Below, in pieces: positions 9,637-17,369 of a DNA stretch of 32,000 bases. A model generated the notes under the pieces. The model had not been told where the DNA came from, ran no database searches, and worked only from the letters and a program-made list of their open reading frames with translations. Numbering within the stretch: the stretch's first letter is position 1; every line of letters starts with the position of its first letter. Made by a program: the position numbers and the translations under genes. Source of the stretch: Geotalea uraniireducens Rf4 (lineage in GTDB: Bacteria > Desulfobacterota > Desulfuromonadia > Geobacterales > Geobacteraceae); contig NC_009483.1 of the NCBI RefSeq assembly GCF_000016745.1, positions 4,440,001 to 4,472,000 of the forward strand. Direction: 5' to 3'.

Positions 9637-11454
9637 TCACCGTCTTAACCTGTCCGCCAAACATCTTAGGGGCTTGGTCAGACGCCAGCTGAGAGAATTT
9701 CTCATTGCATGAAGTTCGTTTTGGGCAGTACTGTCCGCTTCACAGCATGCTAGTTGCGCTGAAACATGCCTTAACTCCTCGACTTTGCGCAAAAGACAGG
9801 CAATGACACGATCAGAATCATCGGAAAGAGTGAAAGGTTTTGAATTGCTGACCGAATAAATGTCGTCAATATATGCCTTAACCTCACGCGCTGATATCGA
9901 AACCGGGTCCGGTGCAGACGACAACCCGGCTTCACCGTTCTTCCGGTACAGTACCATTTCTTCATCGAGTATTTTTTCGGACTCTGCCACATACCTGTCC
10001 ATGAAGAGCGCTGCCTTCTGATTGCCATGAGAACGATAGCCGCCAAGGAGAGTGTCCACCGTATAAAGTTCGGCATGGCGGAAAAAACGGTTCCACAGTT
10101 CCAGGTCTCCCGCGTAATCCAGATCAGTGCGAAGCTCTCCCCCTGCCCTTTGCCAGAGAGACCTTTTCCAGAAGGTACTTTCCTGCTGTATGAACGGGTC
10201 GTTGTATGCCTTGTTCAATATCTTTACCCGGTTATAGCCGGGTAAATAATCAAAAACACCGCACATATCGCCATCTTTATCCCAAAAGGCGGGACGGCCG
10301 GTCAGCCACTCGATGTTTCTGAATCGGGAAAATGAATAGGCAACCTTGTAAAACGCAACGTGGTGGTACTTGTCATCTGAATTCAGCCACGCCATTATCT
10401 CGCCGCTAGTTTTTTTGAAGCCGTCATTTATGGCGTTATACTGGCCCCCATCCGGCTGGCTCTGCCAGTATACAAGGTGTTTTTCGTACTTTTTTATAAT
10501 ATCAACCGACTTATCAGTACTGCCTCCATCCATTATGATGAATTCGAGATTGGGGTAATTCTGCCCCAGTACGGAATCGATGCACTCTTCGAGGAATTCG
10601 CCCTGATTAAAGGATGGGGTGACTATGGAGAATTTCGGCGGGGGATTTTTTACAAAAATCTGCATGGTTGAACCGGATGGCGGATATTTTATCAAGGGTG
10701 GGGCGATGGCGTCCAAATCAAGGTTATCGCTCCTGACAGACTTTTCACTTTCTATGGCACTCTCGCATTCACGAATGTATTCGTCGCGCATTATCTGCGA
10801 GCGCTGCGCTGGGCCGTAGAACCTGAACCCGGCGATCAGTGCGTCAACGGTATGGATCTGGGCATGCCTGGAGAATCTAAGCCACAGCTCAAAATCCGCT
10901 GCCAGCTCGAAGGACAAGTCAAGCCCCTCCCCGGCCTTTTCCCAGAGACTGCGCCGCCAATAGGTGGCCTCCTGCATGATGAAGGCATATCTGTGGACAT
11001 AGCTTTGATCTAGCAGGATCTCCCTGCTCCATGTTTGCCGTTCAATGCCGTAGGAATTCAGGTGTCCCATAGCATCAAAACCGACCCGTCTCCCTGTGAG
11101 GACGTTGACCTCCGGCATCTCGGAAAAGATTTCAGCCAGGACAAAAAGACCGCCAGGATGAAACATATCGTCGGAGTTCAACCAACCCATGACTTCGCCA
11201 TTCGATCTTTTAAAGCCTTCGTTTAACGCAGCATAGTGCCCGCCATCAGGCTTACTCTGCCAGTAAGTCAGGTATTTTTCGTATTTTTTAATAATTTCGA
11301 TGGAATTATCGCTGCTCCCTCCATCCATGATTATGTATTCGAGGTTGGGGTAATTCTGGGAAAGTATGGAGTCGATACACTTCTCCAGAAATTCCCCCTG
11401 GTTGAAAGAAGGGGTGACTATTGATATAGATGGGAAAGTATTATTGTATGCCAT
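9637..11454 (-). CDS. Dual-domain GT2 glycosyltransferase (internal tandem duplication) with a C-terminal coiled coil and tail motif
   Basis: Two copies of the same module are present: SISIVTPSFNQGEFLEKCIDSILSQNYPNLEYIIMDGGSSDNSIEIIKKYEKYLTYWQSKPDGGHY...WLNSDD and KFSIVTPSFNQGEFLEECIDSVLGQNYPNLEFIIMDGGSTDKSVDIIKKYEKHLVYWQSQPDGGQY...WLNSDD. The tail is ...MRNSLSWRLTKPLRCLADRLRR. Confidence 0.85.
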   Translation of the reverse strand: MAYNNTFPSISIVTPSFNQGEFLEKCIDSILSQNYPNLEYIIMDGGSSDNSIEIIKKYEKYLTYWQSKPDGGHYAALNEGFKRSNGEVMGWLNSDDMFHPGGLFVLAEIFSEMPEVNVLTGRRVGFDAMGHLNSYGIERQTWSREILLDQSYVHRYAFIMQEATYWRRSLWEKAGEGLDLSFELAADFELWLRFSRHAQIHTVDALIAGFRFYGPAQRSQIMRDEYIRECESAIESEKSVRSDNLDLDAIAPPLIKYPPSGSTMQIFVKNPPPKFSIVTPSFNQGEFLEECIDSVLGQNYPNLEFIIMDGGSTDKSVDIIKKYEKHLVYWQSQPDGGQYNAINDGFKKTSGEIMAWLNSDDKYHHVAFYKVAYSFSRFRNIEWLTGRPAFWDKDGDMCGVFDYLPGYNRVKILNKAYNDPFIQQESTFWKRSLWQRAGGELRTDLDYAGDLELWNRFFRHAELYTVDTLLGGYRSHGNQKAALFMDRYVAESEKILDEEMVLYRKNGEAGLSSAPDPVSISAREVKAYIDDIYSVSNSKPFTLSDDSDRVIACLLRKVEELRHVSAQLACCEADSTAQNELHAMRNSLSWRLTKPLRCLADRLRR

Positions 11455-11502
11455 AGAACCAACATGAGTAAAACATAAGTGTATGATACTTTTATTTATC
11501 CG

Positions 11503-12044
11503 CTAAAACCTTAAAGTTTTATTAGCAAAGACAGGGTCATTTTTTCGTGCAAAAAAGAGATCAACCTGCCACTCAAACCCTTCGGGTGTCATCCTTAATG
11601 GATCGGCAACATCAATGCAGTAGAATCCTAATTTATCCATATGCGATACCAGCTCACTAAAGGTTGGCGAGTCAGCTGTAATGTGAAAATTATAGGCCTC
11701 AATTATATTGCAGCAAGTTCAAAATCTACGTTAGCAAAGTTTTCCCTAAGAAGATCTAGTTCGTAGCGACGCTCCTCTAAAGGTTCAAAAAGAATGTATT
11801 GTGCGTTAGAAAAAATTGTTAAGGTATCTTTCGTCCACTTGCCATCTGAAGCCCCAACATCCAGGATTGTAGAAACGGTAAATCCTTGATTGTAAAGACG
11901 TCTGAGAGCAGTAGTCATTGTCCATGCATTGATCGCCTTTTGCTCGTGGGTATAAGCCGTTGGCAATGTCATTACATTAGCAGAGTGACTATCAGAATGT
12001 TTATTTACCATAAACTTAACAAATTTATTGAATAAGTTTTTCAT
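11503..12044 (-). pseudogene. FkbM-family methyltransferase remnant (middle missing, two frames)
   Basis: The track ORF 11703-12044 ends ...ILDVGASDGKWTKDTLTIFSNAQYILFEPLEERRYELDLLRENFANVDFELAAI*, an FkbM-like N-terminal half. In another frame, 11503-11700 reads EAYNFHITADSPTFSELVSHMDKLGFYCIDVADPLRMTPEGFEWQVDLFFARKNDPVFANKTLRF*, an FkbM-like C-terminal end. The central catalytic segment seems to be absent. Confidence 0.55.
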
Positions 12045-12318
12045 TTAAATTGTGTCCGCACTTTTTAGACTTGCAGTATTGAATGCCAATCAGAGACTTG
12101 GAGTTATAACTTCCGTCCATGATTATAGGCTCTTCTAAACCAAATTAAGTTCTCTTTGACCATTTATTCTTATAGATTAAATATTATAAAAGTTATGAAA
12201 TAGAATGATATCAATACATTTTCAAAGAAGTTCAATGATTCAAGGAGTTGGTAAAATGTAGATTTGTGGAATATTTTCAGGCACAGCTTTCATTTTTTAA
12301 TTCATATTAACGGCTTCT

Positions 12319-13653
12319 CTATTTCCATTTAAATATTTTGATTATCCATTCAAATAATTTTTGATATCTTTCACATAGAGTACCGATTTGGGATTGTACC
12401 CCCTCGGTTAAATTCTTATCTTGCATTGAATGAAGTAATTGGGCGTTTTTATAGTCCATAAAATTGGCATACTGTTTAAGCATTAACTCTTTCACCTCGG
12501 CACTTTCCTTATGCTCAGCAAAAACGACCGATTGTTTCGGAGATTCACCCTTGTACGCCAACATCAGCGCTTTTTTCACATCCTCTACCTCAACCAATCT
12601 TACACAAGGTGCGTCGATAAACGGGCATTCCCATGTACAGCCGAAGCAAGGTAAATCTCCTGCAACCGCTATTGCTCTATTCCCGACGGGAAGAAACCTC
12701 GGCCAATACCCCCCTCCGAAAATACCGACAACTGGAATACCGACAGCAGAAGCCATATGCATGGGCCCAGAATCATTCCCAAGATAGAATGATGCCTTGC
12801 TTAAAATGGCCAACAACAACGGCAGCTGCCCAGCCTTTCCAGTCCAGAGTGATGAACTACCCCCTCGATCATGTAACATCCCGGAAATATTTTGCAAAAG
12901 TTCACGTTCGTTCTCCTGACCAACTAACAAAACCTTTAGGGAAAACTTTTCACAGGCCCAAAGTATCACGTCTACAAATCGTTCAAGAGGCCACATCTTG
13001 ATAGGCACATTCTGTCCGCCGCCCGGCAAGCAGACGAAATATTCTTGTAAGCTAAGTCCGTTCTCAAGAAGAACAGACTCCGCTTCAACCAACGATTCAG
13101 AACCTAGCGACAATCCCGTCAGCTGTGTGTGGGGGGGCTCATCGAAAAGAGTCTCATACAAGATTTTATATTTGTCCGTCTCATGACTTGTACCACTAAC
13201 TGGAACATAATAATCCCAACAAGCCTTGCCTCTCAAGCCGAAAACGTCCAGTACTTTGGTATGACTTTCCTCTAATCTCCGATTATCTCCAATAGCTATA
13301 CTCTTATCAGCATGCACACTGGCATTAATGATTGAGTCAAGCCAAGTACGAGTATATGCAGTATTAAGGAGCAAATCCCACGACGTCTCACCAAGCCTCT
13401 TCAGCAAAGCATCAACATGAAGGCGATCAAGGGGATCATAATTCGCGTAAGGGAAAAGACTAGTAGTGATCCAGCGAAGACGAGGCGAAAGAACTGGAGC
13501 TAACTGATCATACCCATCCCTGACTAACATCGTTATTTCTGCATGCGGAAGTCGTTCAAGTAATGAATCTATAAAATTGGCCAGAAGAATGATGTCGCCA
13601 AAGGTGTCAAATCGGGGAATCAGTATTTTATTAGCTTCTTGAATTTTAGGCAC
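12319..13653 (-). CDS. GT9 family glycosyltransferase (heptosyltransferase-like)
   Basis: ILIPRFDTFGDIILLANFIDSLLERLPHAEITMLV at the N-terminus and YLGNDSGPMHMASAVGIPVVGIFGG are GT9 signatures. A Cys-rich segment (CFGCTWECPFIDAPC) and a helical tail follow. Confidence 0.8.
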   Translation of the reverse strand: MPKIQEANKILIPRFDTFGDIILLANFIDSLLERLPHAEITMLVRDGYDQLAPVLSPRLRWITTSLFPYANYDPLDRLHVDALLKRLGETSWDLLLNTAYTRTWLDSIINASVHADKSIAIGDNRRLEESHTKVLDVFGLRGKACWDYYVPVSGTSHETDKYKILYETLFDEPPHTQLTGLSLGSESLVEAESVLLENGLSLQEYFVCLPGGGQNVPIKMWPLERFVDVILWACEKFSLKVLLVGQENERELLQNISGMLHDRGGSSSLWTGKAGQLPLLLAILSKASFYLGNDSGPMHMASAVGIPVVGIFGGGYWPRFLPVGNRAIAVAGDLPCFGCTWECPFIDAPCVRLVEVEDVKKALMLAYKGESPKQSVVFAEHKESAEVKELMLKQYANFMDYKNAQLLHSMQDKNLTEGVQSQIGTLCERYQKLFEWIIKIFKWK

Positions 13654-13695
13654 AACTCAGTTCCTGCAAATATTAAGGTACGCAATAAAAAGAAC

Positions 13696-14760
13696 CTAAC
13701 GATCTCTCCGCAACTTATCACAAATTCTGCGAAATGGCGCGGTTAGCCTCCAAGTAAAACTGTTCAGTACTTTATCTAAAGACCTTTCATGCTGTCGCGT
13801 TGTAAGCAACTCTGACTGAAGTTTGCCCAATGCCATTTCAAGCTCAGCAATTCGAGTCTGTGCACCTTCCTCGCATAACTCAAGCTTATTATATGTGTCC
13901 AAAAGGGCCAGAATAGCTCTTTTATAAGGGTCCTGCATTAGCGTCTGACTTACTTCAGCCTTATCATGTTTTGTTAAAGGATGCTTACCAGCAAAGATGA
14001 ACATATCATATGCAAATATTGGTGTTTCAAATGCTACATTAGTTAAACCAACACGAGAGAGGAGAAGGCGGACTGAATCTTCATTAAAAAGGTAGAGATG
14101 TTCGTCTTCTTTCAAATGAAGCAGGAACATCTCATTATCAGCTTTCATCTCATGATATGTCTTGGCAACACTGCGCCAGCATGGCGTTTGAATGACCGCA
14201 ATCCCGTCTTCCTTTAAAGTTGACACAATTCGGCTCAATACCTGCACAGGATCGGGAAAGTGCTCAAGTACATCCATAAATATAACAGCATCAAGTGTCC
14301 CAGGTTGAACATCAATTTTTTCAATGCCGCCACAATACATCGGGACATCGAACGTAGTCCGAGCAAATTCGCACAGCCAATTGCTCATTTCAGCACCAGA
14401 AGCATCATATCCCGCTTGGCGCTGAAGATAAACCGAGCCACCGTGAGCGCATCCTAGTTCGAGGGTTCTTGCAGGAGGTAGTTTGTATTGCAGTATACTT
14501 CTTAACCAGTAGACACTTCGTTCAGTAAGATCTGACCGTGATCGTTCATAAATATCAGGGAATCCGAGTTTTTTGACATGCTTCGTCCAGTATTCTTTGC
14601 CATAGAGATCGTCGGTAGAATCTCCCCCCTTGTAGAAATCTTCTGTTTTACGAAAACGACTCACAAGAGTATTGCATTGTGAACAACGATTGTAATGTTC
14701 GGAAAAGGGGATAAGTTCGCCAGAACCACACCAACATGAGATTAACTCTAAATCACTCAA
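13696..14760 (-). CDS. Class I SAM-dependent methyltransferase with an N-terminal zinc-ribbon-like CxC/CxxC pair, a C-terminal coiled coil and the tail motif
   Basis: CWCGSGELIPFSEHYNRCSQCNTLV, then TLELGCAHGGSVYL (motif I) and AVIFMDVLEHFPDP. The tail is ...SLDKVLNSFTWRLTAPFRRICDKLRR. Confidence 0.85.
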   Translation of the reverse strand: MSDLELISCWCGSGELIPFSEHYNRCSQCNTLVSRFRKTEDFYKGGDSTDDLYGKEYWTKHVKKLGFPDIYERSRSDLTERSVYWLRSILQYKLPPARTLELGCAHGGSVYLQRQAGYDASGAEMSNWLCEFARTTFDVPMYCGGIEKIDVQPGTLDAVIFMDVLEHFPDPVQVLSRIVSTLKEDGIAVIQTPCWRSVAKTYHEMKADNEMFLLHLKEDEHLYLFNEDSVRLLLSRVGLTNVAFETPIFAYDMFIFAGKHPLTKHDKAEVSQTLMQDPYKRAILALLDTYNKLELCEEGAQTRIAELEMALGKLQSELLTTRQHERSLDKVLNSFTWRLTAPFRRICDKLRRDR

Positions 14761-15617
14761 CGTTTCGCCCCTTGCTTTCGGACTAAGAAGACAGCACCAC
14801 TACCTACAGGCCAGTTTGTTTCCATCGCAAGAAGTGCGCGAATTATGCGGCCCAACTCATCTGGGAAATTATTAAGGCCTCTGAAATAAGGCTCTAAAAC
14901 AGATCCAAACTCGCTACCATCAGCAATCGGCACATGCCAAAGAGTATCAAGAAAGAGATTTGACCTCCCAAGCAGTTCCGGAACAATAGGAACATGTTCA
15001 ACAATTTCGAATCCGGCTTTTCTTAGAATATTTGCCCATATGTTAGGTGGAAATGCGCTTACCAAATGATGATATGCTTTATAGCTATCAAGCAAATGGG
15101 CTGCAACGTCACTATCCTGGACCACCTTCATCAACTGCGGCAGAGTTGTCCATTCCAAAAATTTATCAGTAGTGACACTGAGCAGGAACAGTCCGTTAGG
15201 GACTAAAACGTCCCATATTTTATTTAGTACTATGTCAACATTATCCATATGCTCCAAGGAACAATTAGCAAAGACCGATGCGAATGATTCTGGAGAAAAT
15301 GACATGTCCAGAGCCGGAGTGTTATAAACTGCACTGTATACACCAGAATCTCTCGCTGCGCCGATTGCCGAAACATCGATATCAACGCCAACGACACTAT
15401 TTATTTCCGGCCAAACAAGCCGGAAATACTGTCCGTCACCACAACCGACATCCAGAATTGGCTCTGGGAGTGAGTACCGCTTATAAGCAGCGTATTCGCA
15501 AGCTCGCCAAATAGACATCGATGGTATGAACGGATAAAGCTTGCTGACAAGATCATATCCATTCATTATTGAGTCCACAGTTAATAGTTTTGTTTCATCT
15601 AATAGCATATTACCCAC
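14757..15617 (-). CDS. Class I SAM-dependent methyltransferase
   Basis: ILDVGCGDGQYF (motif I) and FANCSLEHMDN. It overlaps the downstream gene by 4 nt and the upstream gene by 8 nt, which suggests translational coupling. Confidence 0.85.
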   Translation of the reverse strand: MGNMLLDETKLLTVDSIMNGYDLVSKLYPFIPSMSIWRACEYAAYKRYSLPEPILDVGCGDGQYFRLVWPEINSVVGVDIDVSAIGAARDSGVYSAVYNTPALDMSFSPESFASVFANCSLEHMDNVDIVLNKIWDVLVPNGLFLLSVTTDKFLEWTTLPQLMKVVQDSDVAAHLLDSYKAYHHLVSAFPPNIWANILRKAGFEIVEHVPIVPELLGRSNLFLDTLWHVPIADGSEFGSVLEPYFRGLNNFPDELGRIIRALLAMETNWPVGSGAVFLVRKQGAKR

Positions 15618-16629
15618 CTATAAAACTGACTGGATCATTTAGTGCGTGTTTGTGTTCGTTTATAGAAGACATTGGCATATGAAAAGTGCACTTACGGCAA
15701 TATCGGGGAACAGCAGAGTTAAGATCAATCAATTTATGGTACTTTTCACTATTACACATATCTAGCAATGACATATTAACTATATTACCCAGATGAAATT
15801 CAGGAACTCTATCGTAATCATCACATGGGCAATAAGAAATATCACCATTGGAAAAAACCTGCAGGGCTATCACTGGTATCAAGCAATGATCTATGACGAA
15901 TTTGTTGTCCAACCATTCTGCATCAAACGGCAATTTAGTTGAGGTGTCCAGAATGTTCCAATTGGCATATTTTGTTACTTTATGATGTTTTATATTTTTG
16001 GACTTCAAGTTATTAATTATCCAATTATCAAAATCATGATCTGACCTGTTTTTCAATAATCTAAAACCCAGTTCTATTTTTGAACAATCTTCGACAGAGG
16101 ACAATATTCTGTTTACGCCGTCAACCATTTTATGATAATTATCTGTTCTAGTCATTAACTTGTATTCTTCTTGGTCAATTCCATATATTGATATCATTAT
16201 TTTATTAACATTATTTGTTATATATTTAATTGAACTAACAGGTAAATCACCAGCCATAATCGCATTGGTCGTAAAACTAATAGACGTTATGTTTTCGTAT
16301 TTTCTTGCGATTTTTATTCTGTCAATTAAATACTTATCAAGTAACACGTCACCAACAACCGGTGTTAAAGAAAGACAACCACCACCCATTTCGCTATAGC
16401 TTTTAAGTACTTTGTCAAATAGATCACACGACATAGTAGTTTTAGTTCTTTTCATATAAGAATAAGCACAGACTATGCAATTGTTATTGCATATATTAAC
16501 GGTCTCGCATATCAACATAGCAGGTCTATATCTGCCATTAAATCCAATATAATCGGCTATTGATGAGGACAACCCCGTTACTCTCATTATTTCGTGCACT
16601 ATTAATGATGTCATGTTATTTGCTACCAT
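15610..16629 (-). CDS. Radical SAM protein with a C-terminal Cys-rich (SPASM/twitch-like) region
   Basis: The CxxxCxxC motif is CNNNCIVCAY. The C-terminal cysteines are SYCPCDDYD ... DMCNSEKY ... RYCRKCTF. Confidence 0.85.
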   Translation of the reverse strand: MVANNMTSLIVHEIMRVTGLSSSIADYIGFNGRYRPAMLICETVNICNNNCIVCAYSYMKRTKTTMSCDLFDKVLKSYSEMGGGCLSLTPVVGDVLLDKYLIDRIKIARKYENITSISFTTNAIMAGDLPVSSIKYITNNVNKIMISIYGIDQEEYKLMTRTDNYHKMVDGVNRILSSVEDCSKIELGFRLLKNRSDHDFDNWIINNLKSKNIKHHKVTKYANWNILDTSTKLPFDAEWLDNKFVIDHCLIPVIALQVFSNGDISYCPCDDYDRVPEFHLGNIVNMSLLDMCNSEKYHKLIDLNSAVPRYCRKCTFHMPMSSINEHKHALNDPVSFIGG

Positions 16630-17369
16630 TTATTGTTTTCTTCATATTCCAAAGAAATAAGCAATTCACCGGCATTCTTTTTAAAGACATCTACATGCCT
16701 ATCAGTAAAATAATTTCGCCAGTCACCAACAACCCCTTTTCTTACGAAAGTATTATGTTTATATGCTTTACCTAGTTCTTTTTTCATGTTTTCTTTTGTA
16801 AATGCATTAACGCCTTTTATTATTGAATCATCGTCTTGCGAAACATTAATATGCCCGTAGATATCTTTTAATACAGAAAAAGCATCAACTATTAATTCTT
16901 CATACTTGAATGCTACAGTGTCGGTTTCCAGCCAACTCTCAACAAAAGCTGACCATTCCTTTGAAACCATATCGACGTAATCATCAAACGGAATGTTAAA
17001 ATCATCAATAATGCCATTTTTTACGCAAAAATCCTTTTCAAAGAAGTATTTTGAAACAATGACATCTCGGCCATCTCGTATTAAATGTACAAACTTTGCA
17101 GGAATCCTATGCCGGGCAGAATCCGGAAAGTCATGACTTTTGATAATACATGAGTCAGGCAAACCTAGAGAACTTGCATCAGTATACCAAGGGTGCTTAC
17201 TCGCATCATATCCATTTTCAGCTATATTTTCTGATATGTAAATGTCTCTTCTCGGCAGATTGAGACTATGGGCGAGCATACTGACAAGCCATGTACCGCC
17301 GGACTTCGGATATTCCACGACTATTATTTTGCCGACACCATGGTCATTACCAGTCATTTTTATTTTCAT
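16623..17369 (-). CDS. Sulfotransferase (PAPS-dependent family)
   Basis: The 5'-PSB-like loop is EYPKSGGTWLVSML, with IIKSHDF (candidate catalytic His), LIRDGRDVIVSKYF and RKGVVGDWRNYFT. The start is uncertain: candidate ATGs are at 17396, 17369 and 17357. The track start at 17471 would overlap wzt by 125 nt. Confidence 0.8.
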   Translation of the reverse strand: MKIKMTGNDHGVGKIIVVEYPKSGGTWLVSMLAHSLNLPRRDIYISENIAENGYDASKHPWYTDASSLGLPDSCIIKSHDFPDSARHRIPAKFVHLIRDGRDVIVSKYFFEKDFCVKNGIIDDFNIPFDDYVDMVSKEWSAFVESWLETDTVAFKYEELIVDAFSVLKDIYGHINVSQDDDSIIKGVNAFTKENMKKELGKAYKHNTFVRKGVVGDWRNYFTDRHVDVFKKNAGELLISLEYEENNKW

